DNA of 64,000 nt, taken from Eledone cirrhosa. Taxonomy: Eukaryota. This document shows, piece after piece, positions 43,204 through 57,354 of this stretch (positions are counted from its first letter, which is position 1; each line of letters opens with the position of its first letter). The stretch is taken from NCBI GenBank assembly GCA_964016885.1, contig OZ024741.1, positions 370,636,001-370,700,000 on the forward strand, written 5' to 3'. A program made the translations under genes and the position numbers. Below the pieces are notes generated by a model. That model saw nothing but the letters and a program-made list of their open reading frames with translations. It did no database searches and was not told the origin of the DNA.

Positions 43204-44143
43204 TGTGCGTGTGTGTCTGTGTGTCTGTGTGTGTCTGTGTGTGTCTGTGTGTGAATGATGGGTGTGGTTACAACGGCATAACAATTCTGGTGATTTCAGT
43301 ATGTATAATGGAAGGGAAATGCGAAAGATTGGAGCATAAATCCTGGACCTTTCCTGGTTTTATCAATGGAACTTGGCACTCAGGAGGAAATAATATTGCC
43401 AGGTGTTGCTAAACTCGTTCCACTCACAATCATTGTATTCTTTGGCAAAACAGTTTATTTCATATTGCTCCAACCCACTCCACTGTTAAAAATGGGTAGT
43501 ACTTGTATTTTATAATCAAGCCATATCAGAAATTGTCACACCGAATTATCCTGAAAATTACGTTAAAAGAACACGTGTCTGTAGAGTGCTCAGCCACTTG
43601 CACATTAATTTCAATAGTAAATTGTCCTACTGTTCTATTGTTCAGACATATATATCATTCCTTCACAAAGCCACATATTTTTAACTTATCTGAAACTTTA
43701 CAACAGAAGACAAAACGAATGCCATGCACCTATTTTTTAAATTAATTTTAAAGCATCCCAAATATATTATTAATCCTAATTTAATTTTACTTAATTTTAA
43801 TTATCCCCATTATATTTATTACTGTAATTTCATTCTTTTTAATTTAATTTAATGTAATTTAATTTATTCAAACACCTAATATTAATTTTAGCATCCAGCA
43901 TTCAAATCGATTTTGTAACGTTACAGAAAATCCCAGAAATATGTATTCACTATTGCATAATACATTCATGTACAACACTCAACGAGAGTTTCAAGCTATC
44001 AATCAACTTTATAGAATCCAATATTTGCAATTAATAGTGGTTGTTTACTTGAAAGTTTCACTAACATTGCTGGTTTATCAAAACATATTAGATAAGCTAT
44101 GAAATGAAAATATCAATAACGAATACACACACACATGCGCATG

Positions 44144-44184
<41 letters not shown>

Positions 44185-44599
44185 AATGGCGTGCTGCGTT
44201 GTTGCGAATGTGAACATATGAATGAAAATAGATCGAGAAACATGAATGTCCATCATCAGTAGTCTGCTGATTATCATTGGTATTTCTTCGCATTAAAGAC
44301 TAGATACCTAAAATCAGTGCGAGCGATAACTAAGTCATCGGGACAGAGCGAAAAGGAAAAAGTAAACAAACAACATATATTTTGAACAATCTATAATATG
44401 CTGGACCGAATAACATGAATATTCTATAATTATTCTGAGTATATGCTGGTTTAAATGCTAAAGAGTTAATGTAATTCTCAGGAAGATTCATCACAAAAGT
44501 GCGTAGCAAGGCTAACCGCAATAATGACTAACATTTACTATCCATCGTACTGGATTTCAAATAACTTCCGTCTACCCAGTTCTCTTGTAATGCTTGAGT

Positions 44600-44706
44600 C
44601 AACCCGAGGCTATGGTAAATGACACTTGTCCAAGATACCGCGCTGTGAGATGGAACTCAGAACCTAATGATTGCGAAGCGAACTTCTTAACCATTCAGCC
44701 ATGCTG
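44600..44706 (-). mobile_element. tRNA-derived SINE of a second family (CORE-like)
   Basis: Minus strand: catggctgaatggttaagaagttcgc (A box)...gagttccatctc...cttggacaagtgtc. Confidence 0.6.
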
Positions 44707-45097
44707 CGTCCACTTCCTACTTACCACTTAACTAATTTCCATTCTTATCTTAAACACTTCTCTTTCTCAACTTCCTTCAGTTTTCACTTCACAAATAAAA
44801 TAAAAAAGAAATGTAAAAAAAATGTAAAAAAAAAATAAAAAAAATAAAAAACGTTTTACTGCTTAATATGCTCTCTTACATTTTAATTGGTCTTAATTTC
44901 TGACAATTTTGTTATTTGGTATGTTGTTTGTTTAATGTTACAGTAGTGAGTAGTCTTCGATAGACTTAGACAGTTCGTTATTTCTTGCACCTTACGTTTA
45001 TTCCTCTGGAGAAATCACAACACATCAATGAAACGAGGTATTTCTTCATTAGTGGAAAACATGCCGACATAATGAAATTTTTCCCTATATTTACTAA

Positions 45098-45128
<31 letters not shown>

Positions 45129-45571
45129 CTTCTTCTTCTTCTTCTTCTTCTTCTTCTTCTTCTTCTTCTTTTTTATTACTACTTCCCTCGCTCTGCAACT
45201 AATTATTATTATTATTATATTTATTAACAATGCTAATAATAATTATAATTATAATTATAATATTCGTTGTGCTGATGACGGCGATGGTGACGTTGAAAAT
45301 GATTATGGTGGTGATGGAGGTGAGTGGTGGTAGTGATGAAGATGATGACGACGGTGGTGGAGTTGACAATAATGACGGTGATTATGATGGTGAAGATGAT
45401 GGTGACTGATGATGTGGCAGTTGGTCGTTATGTTGGTAGTGACAGTGATACTGGTAACGATAATGGTAATAATGATGATGATAATGGTGATGATGATGAT
45501 AATGGTAATAATGATGATGATGATGATGGTAATGATGATGATGGATATGGTGATGATGATGATGGTAATAA

Positions 45572-45726
45572 ATGTTTCTAATTTAGGCACAAGGCCAGCA
45601 ATCACCAGTACATTACTGGTACTTTATTTTATCGACCCCGTAAGGATGAAAGGCGGGATTTGAACTCAGACTGTAAAGGGACGTAACTATGCTAGAAAAC
45701 ATGGCGTCCAGCCCTCTACTGCCAAA
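45572..45726 (-). mobile_element. tRNA-derived SINE within a (GAT)n region
   Basis: Family motifs present. Confidence 0.75.
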
Positions 45727-46483
45727 TGATGGTAATAATGATGATGATGATGGATATGGTGATGATGATGATAATGATGATGATAATGGTGATGATGATG
45801 ATGATGATGGATACGGTGATGGTAATGGTGATGGTGATGGTAATGGTGATGATGATGGTGATGGTAATGGTGATGATGATGGTGATGGTGATGGTGATGG
45901 TGATGGTGATGGTAATGGTGATGGTGATGGTGATGGTAATGGTGATGGTAATGGTGATGGTGATGGTGATGGTAATGGTGATGGCTCATGATAATAATAT
46001 TTATTTCATTTAAATTTGTTTATTTTTATTCAGTTAGTTAATAATTTGTTTTAGACTTGATGGTGGTGTCGAGGTTTTGTGGGAGGTATATAGCAGGGTG
46101 GTGTACTGCCGGTGGCGGTGTGGGCGATGATGAGGTTTGGGATGGTGAACAAGCGGCGGGGAGATGTGTAGGGGTGTTGACGGGTGTTGTGGGGGTGTTG
46201 TGGAGGTGTTGTGGGGTGTTTCGGGGGCGTTGTGGGGTGTCGTGGAGGTGTTGTGGGGGGAATGTTGTGGAGGTGTTGTGGGGTGTTGTGGGGTGTTGTG
46301 GGGGTGGTGTGGGGGTGTTGTGGGGGGTGTTGTGGGGGTGTTGTGGAGGTATTAAACAATAGGCATCCGTTTAAACAGTGAAAATATCTTTACACCAATG
46401 AATAAGTGTGTGGAGTAACGAAAGAGAGAGGGCTTGATATATATATGATATTATATATATATATGATATATATATATGATATA

Positions 46484-46515
<32 letters not shown>

Positions 46516-46568
46516 GCAAGTATGTATGTATACGTACATACATATATGTATACAGACGTACAGTAGCA

Positions 46569-46695
<127 letters not shown>

Positions 46696-46743
46696 GTATA
46701 TATATGTATATATAAATATATATATATGTATATATATATATAT

Positions 46744-46843
<100 letters not shown>

Positions 46844-47004
46844 ATGTATATATATATGCACACATACATACATTATGTATGTATATATATATATATAATA
46901 TACAGATATATATATATCATATACAGATATATATATATCATATACAGATATATATATACATACATGGATACATAGAGAGAGAGGGGACGAGAGAGAGAAT
47001 GAAA

Positions 47005-47245
47005 TGAAGAAGAAGAAGAAGAAGAAGAAGAAGAAGAAGAAGAAGAAGAAGAAGAAGAAGAAGAAGAAGAAGAAGAAGAAGAAGAAGAAGAAGAAGAAGA
47101 AGAAGAAGAAGAAGAAGGGGAGGAGGAGGAGGAGGAGGAGGAGGAGGAAGAAGAAGAAGAAGAAGAAGAAGAAGAAGAAGAAGAAGAAGAAGAAGAAGAA
47201 GAAGAAGAAGAAGAAGAAGAAGAAGAAGAAGAAGAAGAAGAAGAA
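47005..47245. repeat. (GAA)n/(GGA)n microsatellite
   Basis: Directly visible. Confidence 0.98.
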
Positions 47246-47613
47246 ATTTCAATAGGATATACTGAAAGTTCCATTATTCTTTTAATTTTATTAAAATGTG
47301 AGTAAGGTCAATTTATAATTGTTAAACAATTTGTTTTCACTTCAAATGAAGAAGGACAACTCATGCTTGAAAAACGAACGGAAGTGGGGTGTAGAGAGAG
47401 TTTTGTGCCTAATAGACCGGCATCTGACTCAATGTCAGACAATAATTACATTTTAAATGAGTAGGTTTAGGAAGCCACTACAACGCAAATGGCACTGTGA
47501 ATATTGAAGAAATATGGTTAGATAAGGAAAAGAGAGAGTGGGGTAGAGACAGATAGATAGAAAGAGAGAGAAAGAAAAGCAAAGAAAGAAAGAAAGAAAG
47601 AGAGGGAGTAGAT

Positions 47614-47654
<41 letters not shown>

Positions 47655-47944
47655 GAGAGAGAGGGGGAGAGAGAGAGATATATTGGAATGAGAAGTAGAA
47701 AGGAAGGAGAAATGAGAAACGAGAGAATTTGGATACAACCCTAGTAGTTTCTATTCATCACGATTTATTTCGGAAAACTGTCCATTCTCAAGGGAGATGT
47801 TAGGAAGTTCGTAGGATATCAGTGATTAGCACCAGGCCTCCATATAGTTTGCTTTCAACCAAAACAATTGAAACCACTGGGAACATTTTTGGAGTATTAG
47901 GATATCAGCTTTATAATGTTTCGAAGTACGTGGGTTTGCTGTAA

Positions 47945-48240
47945 AATTCATAGGCTCACTATAAAGGAGTGATGTTAGAGCTGTGAAATATTGCATGGAT
48001 GAAATAATTTCAACTCTTATTAATAATTGCATTGTTTCTTTGCAGGGACTTTGTTGAAAACTAAACCTCATTTTGCCATTCAAAGAGAGTATCTTGGTCA
48101 TAGGCTCACTATGAAGGAGTGATGCTAGAACTGTGAAATATTGCATGAATTAATTTCAACTCTTCTTATTAATAAATGCATTGCAGGGACTATGTTGAAA
48201 AGTAAACCTCATTTGGTAATTCCATGAGAGTATCTTGATC
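47945..48240. repeat. ~150-bp tandem duplication
   Basis: tcataggctcactat.aaggagtgatg.taga.ctgtgaaatattgcatg at 47948 and 48099. Confidence 0.85.
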
Positions 48241-48472
48241 ACCTTATGAACTTTTCAGCGGACCATGGTATATATGGTTAAGTAACCTAAAGTAAGTATT
48301 AGATATTGCTGTTCAGACCGCCATGTTAAATAGGTGCAATGGTATGGTCTTCCTGTTACCTTTTATTGTAGTCCTATCTCTTTCTTTCATACATTTATAC
48401 ATGCGTTTATGCATGTAGGCTTGCAAACATATATACATATATACATGCATGCAAGTATGTATATATATTACA

Positions 48473-48524
<52 letters not shown>

Positions 48525-48541
48525 TGTAATATATATACATG

Positions 48542-48593
<52 letters not shown>

Positions 48594-48597
48594 TACA

Positions 48598-48632
<35 letters not shown>

Positions 48633-48728
48633 GCATGTAGGAATGTATATATATATATATATATATATACATTTTCTCTAATTCCACCACCCTGCTGGTC
48701 CCTTCCATCTATCTAATTTCTCATTCTT

Positions 48729-48764
48729 TCTTCTAATGAAGGACTATCGTCCGAAACGTTAAGA
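48729..48764 (+). ncRNA. Minimal hammerhead with a G5A substitution in a PLE-tail element (48680-48850; same tail at 33496-33568 -)
   Basis: TCTT-CTAATGA-A GGAC tatc GTCC-GAAACGTT^-AAGA. Confidence 0.65.
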
Positions 48765-48940
48765 CCCTCTTCCTACTATTTCAAGTGTTAACCTAATATA
48801 TTCCTTCCATATACTGTACCGATTGTGTTGTTATTACTGCTTACCTTTTACACACACACACGCGCGCGCGCACTGGAGGAAAAAAAAAATATTGGATAGC
48901 ATATGTTGTGAGAGGAATGGAGAGATAGATAGATAGAGAT

Positions 48941-49019
<79 letters not shown>

Positions 49020-49903
49020 GAGACCAGAGGGAAGAAAGACCAAAGAGTGTGGGGGTAGATAGAGAGAAGAGAGGGGGGGGGCTAGAGAGGAAGAAAGACC
49101 AGAAATTGAGGAGGTAAATAGCGAGAGACAGAGAGACTAACTACGAAGAAAGACTAGGGAGAGTGGGAACGACCAGAGTGAAGGACAGATTGACAGACAA
49201 ACAGACAGATAAATAGATATGTTTCTTTTATTTGCCACCAGGGCATCAAAAGTGGGACAAGTACAAAGGGGGGAGTTTACACAAAAAGGCGTCCTCAATA
49301 AGGAGGAGGCAATAACAATGTATAAAAATAAAATAAAATATAACAAAAAATAAAATTTATAACAAAGTCCTCAATAGAGAGGAGGCGCCTTGGGGGGTCG
49401 CACACACCCCCGAAAAAAGTGTGCAACCCTTTTCCTCAGGAGCACAGAGAGGGGGTGCTCCCTCGTTCCTTCCTCTTTTCCACCCACAGGCTTATGTAAA
49501 GAGAAGGCCCATTCACACGGGCCATTCTCGCCACTTTCACCCACCTTTCATAAAAACGACTGGGGTGGAGCACCTCTCTCTCCATCCTGATCCTTCTTCC
49601 GAAATGATATCGGAAGAAACGGACCAGTTGTTGGCCAGAGAGAAAGGTGCCTGACCTCAGTCCTTTCAGACGCGTCCACCATACAACTTCTTTCAATAAA
49701 TAGATAGATAGATTTCTTTATTTACCATAAAGGCATAAAAAGAAGGGACAAATACAAAGGGGGAGTTTACATATAATCGAGTAAAAAGGGTGTAACATGA
49801 AAATAATCGAAAATAACCTCAAAAGGGAGGGGACGAAAAAGTGTGCAATCCTTTGCCCGGGGAGCACATGGAGAAGGTGCTCCCCTCTCCTTTACTTCTT
49901 TAC

Positions 49904-50716
49904 CTACAGGATGGTATACAGAGAAGGCCCATTTACACGAGCCATTCTCGCCACTATCACCCACCTTTCATAAAACTGCCTGTGGCCAAGCACCTCTCTC
50001 TCCATTCTTATCCTTCTTCCGAAGTGATATCGGAAGAAGTAGACCAGACTATGGCCAGAGAGGAAGTTGCCTGACCTCAGACCTTTCAATCGTGTCCACC
50101 AAACAACCTCTTTCAACATGGCTATTTCGCACAGAAAAACCGCCTTTGCTTCCTTTGTGAAGAGGGGAGGCGGTTTGATTGTCATCACGGACTCGGCGGT
50201 CAATTTAATCGGCGCCACCCGCGACAGCAGTCGTTCGGCGTAGCCCCACAGATCAGCCACGCCCGGACATTGCACCAATGCGTGCGCAACGGTTTCTTCG
50301 TGACGCACGCATCTAGGGCAAATCTTTTTTGAGGGATCCCTGCCCGGGCGCCCGTGTCTGTAGAGCCTCTCTCGAACGGGTAGAGCCCCCCGGTAGCACT
50401 GCCAGGCCAGTGACTTCTGGAAGTTGTCCATTGGTCCTGGGCCGAAAGTCCTACCGAACAGGCTGGCCAGTTCGTCTTCTTCCATGTCCAGCGACTCTCC
50501 AAGGGTGTCATCGCCCCTGCTAGCCACCAGCCCTCTATAGAATGATGAGGTGGATTCTCCACCGATGGCCTGGCCCGCTTGCCAGAGAGCCCTGAGCGCC
50601 TGAGCACACTCAGTGTGCCAGTCTCCCAGGTTTCCGGATCTTTGCTTGACCCAGGACTGTAGCTCGGTGAGCGAGACGAGTCTCGGAAAGGCTCGTTTCA
50701 CGAACGGAGCCCACAC
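49904..50716 (-). CDS. LINE ORF2 C-terminal zf-RVT (CCHC) region
   Basis: KSLAWQCYRGALPVRERLYRHG...ICPRCVRHEETVAHALVQCPGVADLW. Confidence 0.85.
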   Translation of the reverse strand: MWAPFVKRAFPRLVSLTELQSWVKQRSGNLGDWHTECAQALRALWQAGQAIGGESTSSFYRGLVASRGDDTLGESLDMEEDELASLFGRTFGPGPMDNFQKSLAWQCYRGALPVRERLYRHGRPGRDPSKKICPRCVRHEETVAHALVQCPGVADLWGYAERLLSRVAPIKLTAESVMTIKPPPLFTKEAKAVFLCEIAMLKEVVWWTRLKGLRSGNFLSGHSLVYFFRYHFGRRIRMEREVLGHRQFYERWVIVARMARVNGPSLYTIL

Positions 50717-51042
50717 CGGTTGACCAGTGAGGAATACCTGTAGGTGCCGTAGCCTTAATGCGTATCAATAAATAGATAAGTTTCTTTTATTTGCCACTAG
50801 GGCATCAAAAGTGGGACAAGTACAAAGGGGGGAGTTTACACAAAAAGGCGTCCTCAATAAGGAGGAGGCAATAACAAAATATAAAAATAAAATAAGATAT
50901 AACAAAAAATAAAATTTTTAACAAAATCCTCAATAGAGAGGAGGCGCCTTGGGGGGTCGCACACACCCCCGAAAAAAGTGTGCAACCCTTTTCCTCAGGA
51001 GCACAGAGAGGGGGTGCTCCCTCGTTCCTTCCTCTTTTCCAC

Positions 51043-51889
51043 CTACAGGCTTATGTAAAGAGAAGGCCCATTCACACGGGCCATTCTCGCCACTTTCACC
51101 CACCTTTCATAAAAACGACTGGGGTGCAGCACCTCTCTCTCCATCCTGATCCTTCTTCCGAAATGATATCGGAAGAAACGGACCAGTTGTTGGCCAGAGA
51201 GAAAGGCGCCCGACCTCAGTCCTTTCAGACGCGTCCACCATACAACCTCTTTCGCCATGGCTATTACGCACAGAAACACCGCCTCTGCTTCATCTTTGAA
51301 GGGGGGAGGCGGCTTGATCATTACAATAGACTCGGTGGTCAACCGGATCGGTCCCACCCTTGACAGCAGTTGTTCGACATAGCCCCACAGATCGGCTACG
51401 CCCGAGCAGTGTACCAATGCGTGTGCAACGGTTTCCTCGTCGCACACGCATCTGGGACAGATCTTTTTGGCGGGGTCCCTACCCGGGCGCCCGTGTCTGT
51501 AGAGCCTTTCTCGAACGGGTAAAGCCCCTCGGTAGCACTGCCAGGCCAGGGACTTCTGGAAGTTGTCCATAGGTCCCGGGCTGAATGTCCTACCGAACAG
51601 GCTGGCCAGTTCGTCCTCCTCCATGTCTAGGGCTTCTCCGAGGGCGTCGTCGCACCTGCTGCGTACCAGCCCTCTATAGAATGTTGCGGTGGAGTCTCCA
51701 CTGATAACCGGATCCGCCTGCCAGAGGGCCGTGAGCGCCTGGGCACACTCAGTGTGCCAGGCGCCCAGTTTTCTCGGTCTCTGCTTGACCCAGGATTGCA
51801 GTTCGGTGAGTGAGACGAGTCTGGGAAAGGTTCGTCTCACAAACGGGGCCCACACCGGTTGTCCGGTGAGGAATACGTAGAGGTGCCGT

Positions 51890-51890
<1 letters not shown>
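51043..51890 (-). CDS. LINE ORF2 C-terminal zf-RVT region (sister subfamily)
   Basis: ICPRCVCDEETVAHALVHCSGVADLW; the ORF portion upstream of 51890 is microsatellite. Confidence 0.85.
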
Positions 51891-51940
<50 letters not shown>

Positions 51941-51957
51941 GTAGGTAGGTAGGTAGG

Positions 51958-52015
<58 letters not shown>

Positions 52016-52849
52016 TACAAAGAGAAAGGGAGAGAATGAATGAGACAGAGGAAGTGGGAGATCAGTGAATGGGTGAAAACTAACATCGACAAATTTATAA
52101 CACGTTGCATGCTGTATTATATTTATTACATTCAACAATGTAATAATGATCGTAGAAATTTAGGTGGGAAATAACTGCCAAATACGATTGCTTTGAACGC
52201 CATTAACATCCAATAAATAGCTGATTATTTCACATTAGTCCAGCCTCACTTCACGCCAGATTTTTACTCTGCTCCCATCTTTCTTGTTTTCTTTCTCCTC
52301 TAAAACACTTTCTGATGCTGTCTCCAATCACCGCCTCTCATCTATTGTTTTATTGTTTTATTGTTGTTGTTGTTATTTTCGTTTTCTCTCCTCAGAAATA
52401 TAATTGAGTTGTTGATATCTGAGAAAATTACCTAAATCGTAATTTTTTGGTATTTTTGTTATTTTGTTGTTGTTGTTATTGTTGTTGTATTTTTAAATGA
52501 ATTCTTACCATGAAATATTTAGATAAGTGGAAGACAAGCATGAAACTGATGTATGAATTGCCTATATTTATTCATCTACTCACATACGTACTGATTTTGG
52601 GGGAGGAGTTGTATTTAAGGAATAAATTGTTTAATGTGTCTTCCATTTTTAAAGACTATAGTTGTTTGATATGAGGGAGATTATATATACTATGTTGAAA
52701 GATTATTTATCTAGAGGATCTCTTTTACACAGCATCCTCTTTCAGTTTATAACTGATAGAAATATAACTGGAAGCCAATCAGGGGCAGTGAATTTTTGTT
52801 TTATTAATCATGAGATATAAACTCAGGTTATCCTGTACTGGGTAGTGCA

Positions 52850-54040
52850 TTAGGCAATGAGCATCTTCCAGTGTACATGATCCACTACTGATCTTTTGCA
52901 TTCGTGATGTTGACGACCTTTAATAGATCGTCTGGAAATGCTCTCCGTCATGTCATCTACGGTCTTCTCCATTACCGTTTTCTAGTGCCAATGATCGAGT
53001 TCATGGGACATGTGACCAACCAGGTGGAACCGTCGCTCTATAATTAACAAATGAAGCAGTCGTGACGATGAATCTCTTCTTTACTAATCTGGTCTCGCCC
53101 AATGAGATTCATAATCTTTCTGAGGTACTTTTGATGGAATGCATTCAGCTTTCTGTTGATCGTTGCTGTGTACTTAAGCCCTCACTAGTATAAATCGCAG
53201 TAGGGAGAACGATTGTGTTGGATAGGTACAGCTTGGCATAGCTGGACATCTGTGCCGACGGTTGAGGCTGACCAGACAGAGCACATTCGCTGGAATACTG
53301 TGGCAGTCTTTCCGATTCTACTGTTAACAACCAGTTCATTGTTGCCATTGCTACTTAGAATGCTGGCCAGGTAGGTAAAGTGGTTTACTTAGTCTAATTG
53401 TTGTTGTTTCACCTGGATTGTTGCTTCTTGGTCAGTATTGTTGTCTATCCTCAACACGTTGGGCTTGTTGGTGGGAATCCTCAACGCGATCATCTCGGTA
53501 TTTTACTAGAGTTGTTTTTATCTGCTGCAGATCTGCTAAAAGGGGGATGCCGTCAGTGAAGGCTAGGTCCTTCAGCCTTGCTTCTGCTGTCCACAGAATC
53601 TATTGGCTGGCCCCACAAAACCAGTAACCAGTAGAAATTACAGTGGAGAGAGGGTGCAGACTTCTCTCACTCAAGAAACTAGGTTGAGGAACTCTATAGT
53701 TGCTGACTTAGTTCTTACGCAGTACATTGAGATGGTGTACAGTTTCTTGAATACTTTGACAAAACTTCCTGGGACGCCATACAATAGAATGTTCTAAAGT
53801 GACTCCCTCTTTACATTGTCAAGTGCCTTCCGAAAATCGATAAAGTTAACCACCAGTGGTTTCTAGTGTTTGATGCCCTTTCCGTAGTATTTCGCAGAAT
53901 GAAGATTTGTTTAACGCATGAGCAGCTGCTTCAAAAGTCAGCCTGTTCCTCTCTAAGGACAGGGTCAACATTTTGGCGTAGTCTCCTCAGCAACATTTCA
54001 CAAACACTTTGCCTGCTACTGACAGATGTGGGATTCCTCA
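52850..54040 (-). pseudogene. Decayed RTE-clade LINE reverse transcriptase
   Basis: LREEQADF*SSCSCVKQIFILR; PLVVNFIDFRKALDNVKRESL*NILLYGVP; DLAFTDGI; NHFTYLASILSSNG. Confidence 0.8.
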
Positions 54041-54701
54041 CCAGTTGTTACAGTTTACCTGGTTTCCCACATTTGGTAACTTCACAATCATCACTTGCTG
54101 GCACTCAAGAGGAACTTGTCCTACCTGCAAGCAACGGTTCATCTGCCTGGTCAAGTTGAGCATTCACATCCCCGATCAGTGGCTATACATCGTGGTAAAG
54201 AAGCTCAAACACACATTCTGCAGCTGCTCATAGAAAGCATTTGGGGGACACGATTAGTGTTTTCAGTTGGAGCATAGAGCAGCGCCACAATTTCTTTTTT
54301 TTTTTTCTTTTTTTTTTTTTGCATATCGTGATTAGAATCACACTGATGTTTTGCTTGGCCCCTGATTTCCATACAATTGTCGCTTCCTTACTGAACCTCA
54401 CGCTGATATTGTGCGACACCACCCCTGTACATATTTCCATTGTCTGTTCACCTCATTTCGCTTACATATAGTATGTCCAATTGGTATTCATCAAAATCTC
54501 TAAATAGTTCCGCAAACTTTTTAGTATGGTAAAGTGTGCTCACCTTCCAAGTTTCGTGAGCTCATCGAGACCGTAACTTTCTTTCAGTTTTCATTAAATT
54601 CCGTTATGTGTAGGGTCTGTTCACTGCCTTCTCTGCGCCAATTGTTTTTGGGAGGTTTACTTGTTTAGCAATTTGCTTTTTACGGGGTTGAGTGTCTAGC
54701 T

Positions 54702-55033
54702 CAGAGGTTCTCAAACTTTTGGGGCAACCGCCCCCCTCACGGCCACGTAATACTCTCAGCGCCCCCACATCTATTTACAGAGAACCCTGCCTACATGCAA
54801 ATTGTAAATAATATATAATAAATAAAATCGTTAATTCATATATAAATAATATAATATATACTATATATAAATAAATATTATATATCTTTTATTTTACTAT
54901 ATTTATATATAATATGTATCATTTTGTATTTAATATACTATTATATCATCTCTAGCGCCCATTAGGCCCCAGTTCCCCCTGGACCTTCTCAACGCCCCCA
55001 AGGGGGTGGTAACGCCCACTTTGAGAACCTCTG
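54702..55033. mobile_element. hAT (Charlie/Buster-type) MITE
   Basis: 14-bp TIR CAGAGGTTCTCAAA/TTTGAGAACCTCTG; 8-bp TSD GTCTAGCT/GTCTAACT. Confidence 0.9.
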
Positions 55034-55138
55034 GTCTAACTCAAATTCCCACACTCTCCTCTGTTCTCAACATGGTATCGAATGTTGCTTTGTAACTGAT
55101 CAATTTTATATATATACTTATGTGTGTATATATATATA

Positions 55139-55236
55139 CAGAGTGTCCCCCAAAAATGTATACACATTTTGATTACCCGTACAGGCAATATTCATTAAAA
55201 TGCTAATGAAGTGTGTATACAATTTTTGGGGACACC

Positions 55237-55239
<3 letters not shown>
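55139..55239. mobile_element. Tc1/mariner MITE (~100 bp)
   Basis: TIR CAG(A/G)GTGTCCCCAAAAA.TGTATACAC; TA on both sides. Confidence 0.85.
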
Positions 55240-55273
<34 letters not shown>

Positions 55274-55276
55274 CGC

Positions 55277-55457
55277 CTTTACATTGAGGGGTTATTGGTT
55301 AGCAAGTAGGTATATACTTTTTATATACCGATATCTCCATTATATATATATACTGTATATATATATACATATACAAATACAGTATATATATAATGAAGAT
55401 ATCGGTTTATAAAAATATATATACCAACTTGCTGACCAATAAGCCCTCAATGTAAAG
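55277..55457. repeat. Imperfect ~180-bp palindrome next to (TA)n
   Basis: ctttacattgagggg...ccgatatc / gatatcgg...ccctcaatgtaaag. Confidence 0.8.
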
Positions 55458-55792
55458 AACTAAAATTTCCTAAACAGAGGGAAGTTACATATTATTGTTG
55501 GTACAACAGTTTAGATATCTTGTACAAAAAACATATAGAACATACAATCAGTTAGAACAATGAAATATATCTTACATTACATTGGACAAACACCGTTCAA
55601 ATTTCAATCCCCTTGCAGCAGAGAAAAATAATTATTTTCAGTTGTAACCAAATCATTGCACTTATTCTATAAACGTCTTTATTAACGCCAATGACGTCGC
55701 AACAGTTCATTCACATTACGTCACAACTTTCCTTGACACAACACATCACGTAACGCCATAACTCCTACACAAACTCCCACTTATATAATACA

Positions 55793-56413
55793 CTAGCAGA
55801 TGTACCCGGCGTTGCTCGGGAAATGAATGACAGCCTGTTTGTCCATATAAAGAGATCCAAAGGTTGAGCAAAGAATTGAAATGTAATTGTAAAAAAAAGT
55901 TTAACAAAAAGGGTGTACAGTGACATGATTGAATGAAATAAACGGCAACATAAAAACAATTCATGGGGTAGCTTGAGTTAATTGTCATGAATGATTTCAG
56001 GCCCGGCCTTGCTGTAGTAGGTATGAGTAAGGGGATAAAGATGGAATAGACGCACCGTATGTCCTTCAGTAGACTAAACCCTATGCGTAAGATGGCGCTG
56101 CCACTACCATGTTGACCATCCACTGGACATAGAAATATCATTCCTTGAAGCAAATCGGCCTAGTACTTCAAAAGTTAAAAGGAGTCTAGTATTTGTACAC
56201 AGACAGATACACACACAAAACCGATTTTTCGGCCCCAATATCGATTTTTTTTCAAATTTGTTTTTGTCCAAAACCTGCTCTGGCATATAAGCAACATGTG
56301 TGCCATATTTGGCTGAAATCGGCCTAGTACTTCAAAAGTTAAAAGGAACCTAGTATTTGTACACAGACAGACAGACACACACACAGACCGACTTGCTTTT
56401 ATATATATATAGA
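55793..56413 (-). mobile_element. Non-autonomous Helitron A
   Basis: Minus strand begins TCTATATA and ends with hairpin CCCGAGC-AAC-GCCGGG + CTAG|T. Confidence 0.8.
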
Positions 56414-57354
56414 CTAACAGAAAACCACCCGGTGGGCGGTTTTCTGCTAGCAAATCTAGTGTATATACTGATATTGTTGAGATTTGGATGAGAAATGTTT
56501 TCGGCACCACATGTTCACCGTCTCTCGGTGTGTCTTTTATGAATGTATAAATATATATGTTATCTATATGGTGAAATCTTTGAAATAAATATATGTTAAA
56601 ACGAAAAAGGAGAAAATAAATAACTGGCGGTTAGAAAAAAATATTCCTATGAAATTTTAATCATACGATTAGGTGTGAATAAGGAAATATTTTTTTATTG
56701 TTCAAAAGTTAAACTTCAATTTTTTGAATTATTTCCAATTTTTTCATGAAATTGAACACTGGACATTGGCTGCTGGAAATGGAAATTAAATCGTATTTAA
56801 TTGTATTTAAATTTCTGACCTTATTTTATTATTTATATTTTTTCAATAAGAAATAAAAAAATAATTGAAGAAAAAAATTAAACAAATCAAACGTAGGTTA
56901 TGGAACTGCGCAATCTGATTAATAAATTACCTCATCAGCAGCAACCTTCTTCAAATGGTCCTTATTATCAGCAGCAATAACCACAAATTCAATGGCCACC
57001 TTCTTCAAATGGTCCTTATTATCAGCAGCAACAACCACAAATTCAATGGCAACCTTCTTCGCATGGTGTCAAGTCAGAACCGCTTCGAACTGGTTACTTC
57101 TGGCTTGTGCAAGGTGTCTCTATAGCAACCAGCGATTCCCTCGGCCTCAGTGACCAAAGTCAGTGGAGAGGGGAAGGTAATATTTCTGAAGCACGTGTTT
57201 TAGCGTCTATTCATTCTCTCTCTCTCCATCTCTCCCTCCCGCTATCCCCTTCTCTTAGTCTGTTTCTTTCTTTCACTCTCACTCTCTCTCTTCGCACGTG
57301 TTTCCACTGTCGGACAGACAGACAGAGAAATTGCTGGTTATATATATAAGTAGA
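56414..57354 (-). mobile_element. Non-autonomous Helitron B1
   Basis: 5' TCTAC; 3' palindrome cta(g)cagaaaacc-acccggtgggc-ggttttctgctag; abuts A and B2 directly. Confidence 0.75.

Larger units (their letters stand above)
49218..51890 (-). mobile_element. Three head-to-tail 5'-truncated Tx1/L1-like LINE copies (49218-49694, 49712-50763, 50780-51890)
   Basis: Shared 3' UTR end; short GATA repeats at each junction; long (GATA)n at 51891. Confidence 0.85.
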
